The notes under the pieces were generated by a model. That model worked only from the letters and a program-made list of their open reading frames with translations, was not told the DNA's origin and did not search any database. A program made the position numbers and the translations under genes. A stretch of DNA of 64,000 nucleotides from positions 1,490,001 through 1,554,000 of the forward strand of contig MU053559.1 in assembly GCA_013239625.1 (NCBI GenBank), written 5' to 3'. Of this stretch, positions 23,847-39,164 are shown in pieces. The stretch's first letter is position 1; every line of letters starts with the position of its first letter. The DNA comes from Lama guanicoe. Lineage: Eukaryota.

Positions 23847-25894
23847 CTATGTTAAATACAAAAGAAACAAAAAAGTAAATACTAGTAACCCCCAAATTCC
23901 AAAGCTCACATTCTCCACAGAAGTCACAAGCCTGCTATTTAAAAGAAATTCAAGTACATCATTTCTAACATTTAATCTGTAGATTTTCTGTAGAATTCAT
24001 GCAATAATAGTTTCAATAGCTATGATGTAAATTGAGCTCTTTTAAAAGCACTTATGATTTAATTAAGGTCTTTGCTTTCATAATCCTTCAGTTGTATTTT
24101 TATTACTCTTGGAATTTCAGTTTTTAAAATACACAACAGTTAATACTATGAAAGCTACTGAATAAAGAGGTTTATTTAAAGAATTCTTAAGTTTCTTCTA
24201 TTTTCTAAGAATCTCAATAGGCCGAGAAGCAAAACTGGAGATTAGCTATTTTAAAAGCTCCTAAAGATATATTACTAATTTTAAATGAACTGTTTTCCAA
24301 ACATCAACAAAGCAGTACTCAATAGAACCCTTCAAAAATAACTTTTACAGATGTCAGCCGGAAATTAGAGGAGACCTGGGTTCTACTTAGCTTTATCATA
24401 AACTAGCTATATGGGGCTGACAATTTAATAAGCCTCTCTGGGCTCAGTTTCCACATCTGTAAAATGAGAAAGTTGAATTAGATCATCTTTAGCTCATTCA
24501 GATCTAAAAACTCCAAATCATATAACCATTTTCTCTCTGTTTCCTTTTCTATCCGACCTGATTATATATGCCCTCTCCCTTAGTACTGTTGTGATAACAG
24601 AATGAGACAAAAGACAAAGTACTTTAAATTATGCAAATTCAAGGGACCATAAGCCCAATCAGACTACAAAACCAAACATTTTCTCTCAGATATTTATCAA
24701 AAACCCACAGTTAAATATACTCATTTAATCCTCTTATATACTTGGTTTTTTAAGCTATATTAAGTTATTTGAGTCTGAAATTCTTAGATACAGCAACCTC
24801 ATCAACCATATCTACCTACGTGTAGTGATTTCTAGATACAGGGTCAAAGTCAAGTTTTGATGAAGTATTACTGAAGCAAATAAAAATCAACACTGAGCAA
24901 TAGGATCGTCCATCTAAAGTATACAATCTTAGAAATACAACATTTTCAACATATCACTATCTTTTAAAAAGGAAGGACTTGAAGAGACATTTGGTGAGAC
25001 TTTTTACTTGAGAAACTTACATATTATTGAAGGTTTTTAATAAGTAGATTATTATTTTGTAAATTTTTAAGCTATTAAAATTTTAGTTTAGCAAAGAAAA
25101 ACCAAAACTTAGTTCTCAATTGTTGACTGTAAGTTTTAAAAATCATGGTCTGCTGAAAGTACCATTTAATTGTAAGGAAAAGGAAAAGAAATGAAAGGTT
25201 TTTTTTAATTGAAGTATAGTCAGTTTATAATGTTGTGTTAATTTCTGGTATACAGCATAGTAATTCAGTTATACACATACATACATATATTTGTTTTCAT
25301 ATTCTTTTTCATTGTAAGTTACTATAAGATACTGAATATAGTTCCCCGTGTTATAGAGTAGAAACTTGCTTGTTTATCTATTTTATATATAGTAGGTAGT
25401 GCTCCCTACTGGATCTTAATATCAACTGACACAATTCTCAAAACTGTTATTTTTCACACTATTTTTATAATAAATACAATAATCTGGACAATATTTTTAA
25501 ACCCACCTGAAAAGAGACACAGCCAAAAATCTATTGCAACCTTGTGTTCTAACAAAAATAGACCACACTGTATTGTACTGACTTAACATCTCCCTCCTTC
25601 ATGTAACTAAGCTATGGGTGTCTTTTCAGGATATTGATCCCTTTTGTGTTTCATGATTGCTAAAGGATAAACTATTACACTGCACAAACCATTAACATTT
25701 ATTGGACAATGTACTGGATACTGTTCAAGGTGACTTACATGTATTAATCCACTGAAACCTAATAACTGAATGTTGTGGATCCCATTACTATCCTCATTTT
25801 ACAGATGAGGAAATCTGAATCCCAGAAAGTTCAAGCAAGGGTGACATTTTGTTGAATTGGACCCCTATTTCTGACCAACCAGCACTGAGTTTTA

Positions 25895-26117
25895 CAGTTG
25901 GCCCATGAACACCATAGGTTTGAACTGTGTAGGTCCACTTACACAGGGTTCTTTCTTTTCAATAACTGTTACAGTGCTACACCATCCATGGTTGGTTGAA
26001 TTTGCAGCTGCAGAACCACAGATACAGAGGACCGATTATGGGATTTGAGCACTCATGGATTTTGGTATCCATGGCAGGTCCTGGGACTAATCCCCCACGG
26101 ACACTAAGGAACAACTG
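25895..26117. mobile_element. Tigger-family MITE (MER8/Tigger2a-like)
   Basis: TA|CAGTTG...CAACTG|TA terminal inverted repeats with TA TSD. Confidence 0.75.
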
Positions 26118-26537
26118 TATTTCCAAGTTCCTTTTTTTGCCATAAAGGATATGATCAATGCTTTTCCCATTCACCTTGATCCTCCCTGGACAGAACCCTG
26201 CCCCTCATCCCACCGTTCAGCTTCCAAAGAAACACGATGGGAAGAAATCAGAGGAGAGTCAGGGGTCCCAGGGAGATTTACTGTCTCACTGCCTGAATTG
26301 GTTTTTTTGTTGTTGTTTTTACAATATTCATGTTAAAATTTCAAAAATTATTTTAAAAACCTTATTCATATACAGCTATATATAAGATAGTAGATAAAAC
26401 AAGCTAATGAGGGTGGTCATAAGTAAGAATTAGCCATTAATGCATAGAAAGAGTTCATATTCTTTTTCACTATAGGCTATTATAAGATATTGAATATAGT
26501 TCCCTGTGCTATACAGTAGGACCTTGTTGTTTATTTA

Positions 26538-26723
<186 letters not shown>

Positions 26724-27294
26724 CTAAAATTCATCTTTTTATTCTTCCCTGAAAAATCTCCAGCCTCTTCTTTGGGAGGAAAGAGTAAAGAAAGAAGGAA
26801 GTAGACAGACGGGACACTCCCTTCAGCTACTTCTTCCTACTCTAGTCATAAAAGAAATTAATACAGAGTCTCATCACATGACAAGTAGCTTTAGTTCTAT
26901 TATAGGGCTAGTGTCACAAAAATTTTTAAGTGTTGTAAATAGTCTGACTTTTCTGGTTTTCATTCTTCAACAAAACCCGTAAAAAGTCCACCCATTTAGC
27001 AGTACAAAGAATAGTTGACAAAATGACAAATAAGATCAAAAGCTATTCAAGTCATTTTGCCAGGCAGCCAGTCTTGTTTCCAATTCTTCTACTTACCAGC
27101 CAAGTTCAGGGCCACCAGTAATGATCCTAAGCCAAGTAAGAATTCAGGCCAGGTACCAAAGGTAATGACCATCTGAAAGTATTTTTCTTGAGTGTGCTAT
27201 ATTCTAGAACCAATGACCAAGTTTTTATTTTTTAATTCTCTGGAGAGAGCATTTGTGCCTCCTTTCCCATACTTAATTTGAATACTTTTATTTA

Positions 27295-27463
27295 TTTGTT
27301 TGTTTTTTCAACGTGTGTGTATATATATTTTTTTTTATTGAAGTATAGTCAGTTTACAATGTTGTGTCAATTTCTGGTGTACATCACAATGCTTCAGTCA
27401 TACATGAACATACATGTATTTGTTTTCATATTCTTTTTCACCATTAGTTACTACAAGATATCA
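27295..27463 (-). mobile_element. Young L1 3' end fragment
   Basis: ttttattgaagtatagtcagtttacaatgttgtg motif, TSD ttaatttgaWtactttt. Confidence 0.75.
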
Positions 27464-30400
27464 TTAATTTGATTACTTTTAAAACCACCTGTACTTTAAA
27501 TTCTGGTGTAAAGATTTAGTTTGGCTTGGATTTAATTGTGGCATTGGCACTACTGGTTTCAAATTGTTGGCAAACATGGTCATAAATCAGCCACACAAAA
27601 TAAGCCTTTCAATCCAATTAAAAGGTATTCCACTATCACTTCATTCCTAATAGATTTGCTTTTCATCTCCTTCAGTAATGGAGAAGTCCTGACATCCACG
27701 AAATTGCAAATTTCTTGAAAAAAGACATGAATTCATTAAACAACACAGAATATGAGGGAATAATGAAATATTAAGGAATGAAACATGAAGGTGAATGTAG
27801 TCATGTGCCACAGAACAAGGCACAAGGAGAGAAAAGGGCTTGTGATTTAATACAGACAACAAATACAGAAAAGGCAAGATACATCACAGTCAACTGTACA
27901 ACCAGATACAGAGAACAAATTAAAGTATGAGTTTTTCAGCATTACCATATATATAGAGCAAAACAGGTGCTGAGTAAAGAAAAGAAGGTAACTGGGGAAT
28001 ATTTTCTCAGGAAAATGGATGATTTTATGTCTGGGGCAACGAATGCATACAATCAACCTCGAACATCTTGTTGAGCCAAAAAGCAATGAAGCTATCAAAG
28101 GCCAATAGGGTTGTATCATAAGGACCCGGAAGCTAGCCTGCAGAGGCTCCTAAGGGCCAATGATGAGACATGGGGAGATCAGAGGGAATGAATGACTGCA
28201 ATTTATTAAAACATACTAAATATATAGTCTTGAGCTCACAACGATATTTAGAAAAGACAGAAACAAAATGTACTGGATACCACTGTAGGTTGCTAGGGCA
28301 CCAATTTATTACCCTAAAAATCGATACTTAATTATTTTTCCTTTATTCTGCTTTTCTAGTATGAAGCAAATTTCAAGTTAACCAAACAGTTCGGTGTACA
28401 AGGCGAAGTTCTGTTAACATCCATTAATAAATGCAGAGGAAGTGACACAATTAGAAAATGATCATTTTTGAAATTCCTAATTATTTTACTGGATTAGGCA
28501 ACAATCAGCAATGGCTTTCGCATCCCACAAGGAAGATAGACAGGAAACTATAATAAGACTGTCACTACCTGAGCCTAACAATCTTAGGATCACTAAAAGT
28601 GCAACAGTCAAATATTATGTACCCTCTAGTTGTAGGAAATAATACCACCTATGAAATATTCTGATGAAAAATCTCCAAAACCAAAAAACAACAAAACTAA
28701 ACCTGAGTGTAAACAAGGCTTATATTTAACTTCTAATCTACAAGAACTATAGAGGAAGAAATTCAACAAACCCATGCATACTATGGGACAACTGACCAGG
28801 TTTCTTTTACAAAACAAAGGCATGACACAAATACGGGGAGGGGTAACACCTGTTTCTGGTTAAAAGCGATGTAAGATACAAAACAGCCACATCCAGTGAG
28901 TGAATGGGCCAATTTTAGACCTGGATCAAATTAACTGTAAAAATACATAAAGGATGTTTTTAGATTAATTAAGCAAATTTGAATATGAACTAGGTAGTAG
29001 ATGACATTAAGGAACTGTTAATCATGTTATACATGATAATATATTGTGGTTACTTAAGAAAACATTTGTGTAGCTGTCAAATTGTTAAGGTATAAATCTT
29101 ATAGTATATAAAATATATCTTAATAAAACTTATTTTAAAAGGAAAAAGGAAAACATTTGTTTTTAATTTCGTTTTGTTTAAGGCATATTGAAATGTTTAG
29201 GGATGAAATGATGGGACATATCAAAATTTGATTAAAATATTTCAGCAAAAAAAGAGAGTACAGATTCTTTTTTAAGTATGGCAAAAAGCTGATAAAACTG
29301 GGGGATGGGTACGCATGGGGGTCACTGTACTCTACTTCTGAGGAGAAACAGTACATTTGAAAATTTGCAAAAAAAGAGTTTACAAAGCATTTTAAACCAA
29401 ATAAATATTGAACTAAAAGGGAAAAGTTAATAATGTAGGGTTTCCAGGTTTGCAGAGAACAGAAAGCTTGAAGTAAGGTAGAAGAGTATGCTTTTATTCA
29501 GGATCTCTAAAGGAAATACAGTAGATATATTTTTAAAGTCAGAATTTGTTACTGAAAGTTCCTATAGTCTACAAAGACAATATAATCTGGAATTCAGAAA
29601 TACAATTTTGGTAGAATCACCCAAGTATGTAACTTGGTTGATATCCTTTGAATAGATGAGGAACTTCCAATAAGTGACTTAATTTGCCAACAAAGAAACA
29701 TCAACAAAAAAGGTGGACAAGTGCACTGGTTTTGATTAACCGGTGCGGATTATCCTAAATTAACAAAAAACTACAACATTGACAATGCACTTTTTAAGCA
29801 GTTCTGTTTGACTCTCTAATGATGTTGACTACAATTACTGTGAAATTTCCAAACTGAACTATGAGGTCAACGAGGATCGCTGCTCATGTTTTTAGCGTTT
29901 TAATGTGAACGTCTTATCAAATAGTTTGCAGGAGCTTTAAATCTTACTATTTGAACTGTCATGAAAAATTGTGAGACTTTGAGGTAAACAAAGAAAGATT
30001 TCTGGATGTCCTATCTAACAAACTCTTCTGTGTTATTTAATATGACCTTGGAACAAGCCACTATCACACCTCAATTAGATTACAGCAACAGCCTCCCAGC
30101 TGGTCTCTGCTTCTTCCTTAGAGTAACCAGAATGATAAAAGCTATATTTTAAAGGACCCATGGCATTCTTCTGCTCTAGAACCTCCAGTAAAGTATATTA
30201 TTTTTATTTTTAATTCTTCTAAAAATAACTGACAGTTTAAAGTAATAATATGAACAATGCATTAGGTGTTTGTAGCATATGTAATAGTAAAATATATAAC
30301 AATCACACAAGGATGGGAAGAAAGATTTGAAGATATAATGTTATTACGTCCTTATATACTACAGGTGACATGGTATAATATTATTATAAGGCAGACTCAA

Positions 30401-31386
30401 GTTATTTAAATGTGTTTACTGTAAAACCAAAGGTGACCATTCTATAAGATTTACGAAAAGTGGTATAAATAAGTCAATAGAGGAGATAAAATGGAGTCAT
30501 AATACCCAATTAAACAGAAAAAGAGGTAACAAGAAACAAAGAACAAATGGAACGGAAAGCAGCTAGCAAGATGGTAGATGCTGATCCAACTACAGCAACA
30601 CCTTTCAATATGAATGGTGTAAACACACCAGTTAAAAGACAGAGAGTGTCAGATTGGATTGAAAAGCAAGAACCAACTATATGCTGTCTACAAAAAGTTC
30701 ACTTTAGATACACAGACTTTTGATAAGTTAAAAGAAAAGGGATAAAGATACATGATGAAACACTAATAATCAAATGAAAGCTGAAGTAGCTGTATTTCAG
30801 ACAAAGCACATTTCAGACAAAGAAGATTATCAGAGACCAAGAGGGGCATTACATAATGATAAAGAATTCTGCAAGAAGACATAATCCTAAATGTGTATGC
30901 AATTAACAACAGAGTTTCAAAATTCACAAGGCAAAGCCTGACAGGATCTGAAAAGAGGAATAGACAAATCCACAATTATAGTGGAAGACTCTGATACTCT
31001 TCTTTCTTTAATTCATAGAACACTTAGATAGAAAATCAGTTAGGATACAGATGACCTGAATAGCACTATCAACCAAACTGACCTAGTGGACACTTATAGA
31101 ACATTCCACAAAACAAAAGCAGATTATACATTGTTCTCACATGCACATAGGCTATTCACCATGATAGACTATATTCTGTTCCACAAAACAAACCTTAACT
31201 TAGTAAAGAAAACAGAAATCATACAATGTGCATTTTTAAACCATAACAGCATTAATCAAGAAATCAGTAATAGAAATACACCTGGACAATCTCACAAATG
31301 TTTGGAAATTAAATATTATACTTCCAAATAATCCATGGATCAGGGGAAAAGTCTCAAGGCAAACTAAAAAATATTCTGAACTACAT

Positions 31387-31591
31387 CAGGGATCAGCATA
31401 CTTTTTCTGTAAAGGGCCAGATGGGAAATATTTTAGGCTTAGTGAGTCATACCACGTCTGTCGCAACTAATCATTTCTGCTGTCAGAGTGCAGTAACAGC
31501 AAAACATAATAGATAAAAGAACAAGTGTGGCTGTGCTCCGATAACACTTCATTTACAAAACATAGCGTAGGTCATACTTTGCCAAATCCTG
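31387..31591. mobile_element. MER58A-like hAT MITE nested in L1
   Basis: CAGG...CCTG termini, ttttctgtaaagggccagat motif, degenerate 8-bp TSD aactacat/aattaaat. Confidence 0.75.
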
Positions 31592-31678
31592 AATTAAATG
31601 AAAATACATCATATCAAAATTGGCAGGATGCAGCTAAAGCAGTGCTGAAAGGAAAATTTCTAACACAAGATACATATA

Positions 31679-32345
31679 CAGTCAATCCTCATTATTTGTG
31701 GATTCCTTATTTGCCAATTGCCTACTTGATAAAATAAACTTTATCAAGTAGGCAAAATATTTGACCCAAAATCAATCCTTGAACTTTTTTCATGGTCACT
31801 TATGGATACAAAGTGGTGAAAAATATGATTTGCCTGACATGCATGTTCCCAGGTGAAGCCGAACAAGGTGATGCTCTGCCTTCTTGTTTCAGCATTCATT
31901 CTGCAAACAAGTGTCCTCTTCGTAGTCTATTCAGTGCCACATCTTCCACACCTTTGTGCCTTTTGTTGGTAATATCGCTGTTTAAAATGGCCTCCAAATA
32001 TCATGCTCAAGTATAGTCTAATGGTCCTAAGCTTAGGAAAGCTGTGACGTGCCTTACAGAGGAAATATCTAGTAGACATGCTTCATTTAGGCACATGTTA
32101 TAATGCTGTTGGCTGTGAGTTCAAATGTTAATGAATCAATAACATATACTAAATGAGGTGTCTTTAAACAGAAACGTCTATACAATAAGGTTATGTTTTG
32201 ATTAGTTGATAAAAATGTTGTGACCAGAGACTTGCAGAAACCTAGCCCTCCATTTCTCCTAGGAGCAGCTGTTCAGTACTCACTGATTCAGGGTTCACAG
32301 CAACTTCATAGAACAGAACTACTGTGAAAAATGAGAATCACTCTG
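31679..32345. mobile_element. MER82-like Tigger element nested in L1
   Basis: TA|cagtcaatcctcattatttgtggattcc start and atgagaatcactctg end; ~670 bp. Confidence 0.7.
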
Positions 32346-34744
32346 TTAGAAAAGAAGAAATATCTAAGATTAGTAACCCAAGCTTAAACCTTAAGGAACT
32401 AGAGAAAGAAGAGCAAATCAAACCTAAAGCAAGTGAAAGGAAGGAAAAAATAAATATTGGAGTGGAAACCAATGAAACTGAACAGAGAAAAATCAATAAG
32501 ACAAAAAGAAGTTTCTTTGAAATTATCAATAAAGTGATAAACCTTTATCAAGGCTGATGGGAGAGGAAGAGGCCTCAAATTACCAACAGAAGGAATATGA
32601 GGGACATCACTAATGACCCCGCATACATTAATAAGAATAAGGAAATGCTATAAACTCTACATCTATAAATTTGGTAACTCAGATGAAATGAAACAATTCT
32701 CTGAAAGACAAAAACTACCAAAGTTCACTTGAGAAGAAAAATATATCCTGAAGAGCTCTCTATATAACAAATAAATAAAATTTATAGCTAAAAAGCTTCC
32801 CCACAAATCTCCAGGCCAAGATGGTTTCACTAGCAAATTCTACCAGACATTTATTGAAGAAATGATACGAGTTCTTTTTCTCTTCAAGATCATAGAAGAG
32901 GAAGGGTACTTCTCAACTCATTTTATGAGGCCAGCATTACCCTAATATCAAAACCAGACAAAGATACAACAAGAAAAGAAGAGTATAGACCAATATGCCT
33001 CATGAACAAAGATGTAAAAATCTTCAATTAAATATTAGCAAATCAAATCCAGCAATATATTTAAGGGGTAAAACATCATGATCAAGGGTGGGGAGTGCAT
33101 CTCAGGAATACAAGGCTGGTTTGACATTCAAAATCAACAAATGTCACTCACCAGATGAAACGACTCACTAATTTAAAAAAAATGATCATCTCAATAAATG
33201 CAGCAAAAGCATCCAACAAAATTCAACATGCATGTGTGATAAAAACTCAACAAACTAGGAATAGATAGGAATTCCCTTAGTCTAATAAAAGGTACATATG
33301 AAAAACCACAACTAACATCATTCTTAATGGTGAGACTGAACACTTTCACCTTGAAATAAGTAACAGGACAAGGATGTTCTCTTCTCAATATTGTACATAA
33401 CATCACAGTGGCAGTCCTAGCCAGCATCATAATGCAAGAAAACGAAATAAAAGGCATGTCAAAGAGACAGAGGAATTAACCTAAAAGAGCTCTCAAAGGC
33501 TAAACCTGGAACAATTTGATGGTACTGGATTATAACCTAAAGGATAATTTATGAGTCCCTACTGATAGACATAAATGACTGAAGAAATAAACGGGAGAGA
33601 AGGGACAAATCTCTCTTACAGAATTCCAAATAATGTTTGTAATACTCCCCTCTGTAGGAGGTGGAGCTTAATTCCCCCTCCTTTAATGTAGACTGGTCTT
33701 AATGACTCAACTTCCAAAGAATATAAAAAGAACTTCAAGTCACTAAGGTCAACATCATCGGCATTAAGTCATGTTGCTATCGTGTGCCCTTTGATGTGAT
33801 CTGATGAGAAGGGTACTTTATCTCTTCTCCAAAACCCATAACCTCAGTCTAACCAGAGAAAACACCAAACAAATGTAAACTGAGGGACAGTCTACAAAAT
33901 AACTTACCAGTACTGTTCAAATATTTACGGTTATGAAAAACAAGGAAAGACTAAGGAGAGATTAAGGAGACAAGATGACTAAATGCAATGTGGGATCTTG
34001 GTTTGAATTCTGGAACACAAAAAGGACATAAGTGAAAAAAACAGGTGAAATTTGAATAAAGTTTATAGTTTAAATGAATAGCATTTTGTCAATGTAAGTT
34101 TCTTAGTTTTGACAAATGTACCATGCTTATGTTAACATAAGAAGCTGGGTGAAGGGTGTATTAAAACTCTCTGTACCACCTTTGCAATTTTTTTGTAAAT
34201 CTAAAATTACTCTGATATAAAGAGTTTATTTTAAAAAAACAAATAAAAATGTCTAGTAGCTTCTCATCTCATTCAGACTAGAAGCCAAATTCTCTACAGT
34301 GGCCTACAAGGCCCTATATTACCTGATTCCTCCTTTACCACTTCTCAGATCTCATCTACTATGTTTGTTGAATAAATCAATGAATGACCCTCTAAACAAA
34401 GGAACCCAAGTCTGACATAAGAACGATCTAGAAAACTTTAAAAATGCAGATTCCAATGGTATATCTCAGAAGTACCTGAATCAGTCTTTCTGGGGTGGGA
34501 GTTGGAAATTTAAATCTTTAAAAGTACCCTAGACGGTTCTGAGAATCCTTCAGATTTGGAAGAGTCTCAAGATCAAAAATACAACGAATTCTCTCATTAA
34601 GCTGTCAAACAGCTTCATTAACTCAAAGTAAATAATTAGGACTACTTTAACCAAAGAGGAAAATTTAGAGACTAAAGTAGAGACTATTTGAAGTAAAAGT
34701 GAATTTTCAAAAGAATAAGTCCACCCTCAGCTCAGAACACTGGT

Positions 34745-34945
34745 TTGTAGTTGGGAGCAATTTTGCCCCCCAGGGCGCTTTAACAATGTCTGGAACCATT
34801 TTCGGTTGTCATAACTGGGGCAGTGTGCCACTGGCACCTAGTCAGTAGAGGCCAGAGATGCTGCTAAATATTCGATAATATTCAGTACAGCCCGCCACAA
34901 CAAAGAATTATCTAAAATGTTAGTGGTGCTGAGTTTGAGAAACCT
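34745..34945. mobile_element. MER20-like hAT MITE
   Basis: attttgccccccaggg...gtagaggccagagatgctgctaaa...tgagaaacc motifs. Confidence 0.7.
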
Positions 34946-35069
34946 TCCATAGAATGACTGATGGTCACTTTAGATAAGGACCCAATCCGTCCAACACCTG
35001 CCAGAATATCTCCACAGACAGCCTATTCATCATTCCACATCAATCAATGCACTACTGGGCAGGTTAAAA

Positions 35070-36320
35070 AAAATTTCCCAGCTTTTATTTTGAAAAATTC
35101 CCAAAATTATAGAAAAGTTGAAAGAATAACATAAACGTCCATTTGTTCTTTGTCTACACTCATCAAATGTTAACATTTGGCCACATTTGCTTGCCACACA
35201 CTATACACACACATGCACACACATACATGTACACAAACACACGTACTTTGTTTTTGTTTTCCTGAGCCATTTGAAAATAACAGACATCATGACACTTCAG
35301 CAAGCATCTCCTACATAACCACAATACCATTATCACACTTAAGGATACAACAATAATTCCGTAATATCATCTTCAAACTTCCCCAGTTGTCCCCAAAATA
35401 TCTTTAACAGATTTATAGCTTACCCAACTCTAATCCAAAATGTAATTAAGATTCATTCCTTGCATTTAGTTATGTTTTTTCTAATTAATTAATTAAAAAA
35501 ATTGAAGTATAGTCAATTTCCAATGTTATGTCAATTTCTGGTGTACAGCATATGTTTATTTTAATCCAGAACAGCCCTCCATCATTTTTCTTTGTTTTCC
35601 AGGACACTGTATGAAAGAGTTCTCTCCAGTTATCTTGTAGGATGTCTTCTATTTTGGATTTGTCTCACTGTTTCCTCATGGTGTCATTTAACACGTCTCT
35701 AAATTTCCTTTCTTTCCTATAAACTAGAAGTTAAATCTTGGCTCGTTTAGATTCAGGTGAAATATTTTTGGCAAGAATACTTCATAGATGATGTTGTGTA
35801 TTTCTCACTGCATCGCATCAGGAGAAATATGTCAGGCTGCTCTGCCATCAGTGATGCTAAGTCTGACCACTGGGTTAATGTGATTATCAGCAAATCTCTG
35901 CTGCAAAGGTACACTTTCCATTTGAATTACAATGTACAAATATCCTACTTCTTATCAACTTTTACCCCAATAGTTTTAGTATCCAGTGATAACCTTTGCC
36001 TAAATTATTACATTTGGGGGTTGGAAAGTAGTGATTTCCAAAGTCTATCATTCCTTCTACGTTTATTAGCTCATAGTATTCTGGAAAGTGCAGACGAGCT
36101 TCCCTTTATTCCCTCTGCCCACCTTTTTTTTATTATCACTATGGATGTGTGAATTTCTGCTGTTGTTAAATCATCTCCCTTCACTATTCTTTCTGATGCT
36201 CAAATTGTCCCAAATTTGGCCAGTGGAAACTCCTTGAAATTTCTTCAAGCTGGCTCTTGTGACCGTTTGACATGATCTCATTAGCCTTTGACTACTTCCT
36301 ATGGGCATCTCTGGTTTTAA
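35070..36320 (-). mobile_element. Old L1 3' region (L1MC/ME-like)
   Basis: Antisense 3' end motif ttttattttgaaaaattcccaaaattatagaaaagttgaaag and ctgatgctcaaattgtcccaaatttggccagtgg. Confidence 0.55.
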
Positions 36321-36443
36321 AAGATGTTTATATGATGTTTATTTGCTGAAATTCCTATAACATCTGCCCGATGGTTTTAGTCCTACTTTTTGCAGGAACA
36401 GAACATTTTAAAAATTTTATTTATTTATAATTCTTATTTCTTT

Positions 36444-36616
36444 TTTTAACATTTTTATTGATTTATAATCATTTTACAATGTGTCAAATTCCAGTGTTCA
36501 GCACAATTTTTCAGTCATTCATGGACATATACACACTTGTCACATTTTTTTCTCTGTGTGTTATCATAACATTTTGTGTATATTTCCCTGTGCTATACAG
36601 TATAATCTTGTTTATC
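36444..36616 (-). mobile_element. Young L1 3' end fragment
   Basis: Closely similar to the 9916-10388 subfamily; TSD ttataattcttatttctt. Confidence 0.8.
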
Positions 36617-36718
36617 TTATAATTCTTATTTCTTATTGAAGAGGATCAGAACATTTTACCTCTTCCATGTAGAATGCTGTGTAACTTAAACATAAATATG
36701 GTTGGGCTGGAGCAATTC

Positions 36719-36854
36719 TTTTTTTTTTTTTAGAAGGGGGAGAGGTAATTAGGTTTATTTATTTTATTTATTTTTAGAGGAGGTACTGGGGATTGAACCC
36801 AGAACCTCCTGCATGTTAAGCATGTGCTCTACCACTTGAGCTATACCCTCCCCC
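36719..36854 (-). mobile_element. Vic-1-type SINE
   Basis: tRNA head, TSD tggagcaattct. Confidence 0.9.
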
Positions 36855-38020
36855 GGTTGGAGCAATTCTAAGAAACCATTTCACTAACAGTACATGAGTA
36901 TATAAATCATTAATTTAGGCCTACTCATATGCTCATTTCATCCCTGATCCTCACACTTCAGGATGTTAATTACATTTATTACTTGATTCAATTTCTGAGA
37001 GCTGCTGAGAGCTTAAAGATTTGCTTTCAAGGTTTCATCAGAATGCTCCCATATCAAAATGGCAGTATCAAAGGAGCCAGGTCATACTTTCCTATATATA
37101 GTCTGGGATAGATTCATATACTGGGTTGGAGTCAGCCCTTGGTACTACTAGAGTAACCTCAAAGGAGTATGAAATACCATATTAATACTTAAGGGCTGAG
37201 TCACATCCTGCATTAGTTATTAAAACTATCCTAAAAATCCTCTAATATGTTCATACAGGGTTTTGCAGTTTATTGCAACATGCATGTAAATGCAGAAGTG
37301 CCCTCTTTCGAGGGTATATCCAATCAGCAGTACATATTACTATGCATATTTGCTCAGGCCAGTCGAGAAAAGCCTGGTGAGCCCTGAGCGAACAATGTTC
37401 CTGCTCTGAGAGATGAACAGTACTCTGTCCTCTAGAATCAGCTCACCTTCAAATACATGGAGACAGACAGTAACACTTCAGGAGGGCACACGGACTCTAG
37501 TTCCTCCGTTTACAGACATATTTCCAGTATCTGAGATTTATTAGCAGCATTCGCCCACTGGTGAAAACAATTCTAATTACGTGTGGGAAGTTAATTAATC
37601 ATATTAAATATACAGAATAATATATGTTTTACTTATATTTCTTACTTCTTTTCCAGTATGGTCAAGCACACTGAAGGTAGAAAGAATCCTTATCAAGTGC
37701 TTTGTAAATCTGGGCAGGGAGAAGGAAATGGTCGCTCACTATAGTACAATAATATGACAATAATAAAATAATAATGAAAAATCATCAAATACATAATAAT
37801 AAAATATGACTTTCAAGAACTAAGGTGATAGAATAGGGGAAAAAACCCCTAATATCTAGTTAGTTATATATGGCTTTTTGAATGATGTGAAATTTTGACA
37901 TTTCTGAATAGTAACAGGAAAAAAACATAAAAAAACGAGAAACACAAGACAATGTAAGAGAATAAAACAAATAAGAAAGAGAAGACAATATAAGACAAAT
38001 ACTAAAGGCAAGAGTAAATT

Positions 38021-38195
38021 GGGGGCAGAGGGAGGGCATAGCTCAGTGCTTAGCATGCATGAGGTCCTGGGTTCAATCCCCAGTACCTCCTATTTAAAAA
38101 TTTTTTTTAAATAAATAAATAAACCTAATTATGCCCTCCCAAAGCAAACAAACAAAAAACAAGCAAACCAAAAAAAAAAAAAGAAAGAAGGAAAA
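38021..38195 (+). mobile_element. Vic-1-type SINE, internally deleted, close to the exon 3 donor
   Basis: agctcagtg fused to cttagcatgcatgagg; TSD aagagtaaat. Confidence 0.85.
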
Positions 38196-38212
38196 AAGAG
38201 TAAATCAAATCA

Positions 38213-38398
<186 letters not shown>

Positions 38399-38869
38399 TT
38401 AAATTTTAAAATGACCTTGTGAGATTAAAACATTATTTCCCTATTCTAGAATTTTTCTGTATAAAATGCAACACAACGCTCTGATTTTTGTTTTAGTTAT
38501 GACTCTAATTTAGGGTGTTTGCTGTAACAAATTTTCACAGACACAAGATTCTTTTCTCCAGATGGGTGGTTCTGGTTAAGAATTAGTACTGCATGGCTTC
38601 CTGTTAACATTAAGGATCAAATAAATGTGAATTAGCCTTCCAAATTTTAAACATTACTTAAAAAAAATTTTTTTTGACTGAAGCTAACAGATGGAAGCTT
38701 TAGTTTGGTGATACTGCAAATGTCAGATGAGAGGAGAATGGTTAGGTGAATTATGGTACATTCACATGATAAAATACCATAGTTCATTAAATAAAACATA
38801 TAATAAAAGGGGGCAAGACTTATATAATAATGTTAATTTTAAAAAGCATGATTCAAGTTTTATATAGTA

Positions 38870-39135
38870 TAGCACAATAATGATAGAGCACACTTATGGA
38901 ATATTTACTATGTTCCAGGCAGTTTTATGCATTCTACATATACATAATATATGTAAATATACTTAAATAAAATATTCTATGTATAGCACGTTTAACCCTC
39001 TCATGAGACAGGTCCTATTATTTCCCTCATTTTACAGATGAGACTAAGGCACAGAGTGGTTAAGAAATCTGCCCAAGGTCTCACAACTATTATGTAATAG
39101 AGCTGTGATTTGAACCCAATTAACCTGATTACAGA
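38870..39135. mobile_element. MIR SINE
   Basis: ctcattttacagatgagactaaggcacagagtggttaagaaatctgcccaaggtc core. Confidence 0.7.
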
Positions 39136-39164
39136 TTTGATAAATTAAAAATTATTCCTAAAAA

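Larger units (their letters stand above)
30200..34245 (+). mobile_element. Old L1 (ORF2 remnants and 3' end) in RP2 intron 3
   Basis: ORF2 peptides DTYRTFH...YTLFSHAH..IDYIL.HKTNL and LKELEKEEQIKPKAS..KEKI; interrupted by two DNA transposons. Confidence 0.8.

Noticed and set aside
35757..36152. 131-aa ORF in intron 3
   Set aside because: Lies within an old L1 3' remnant, has a non-ATG start and no recognisable protein features.
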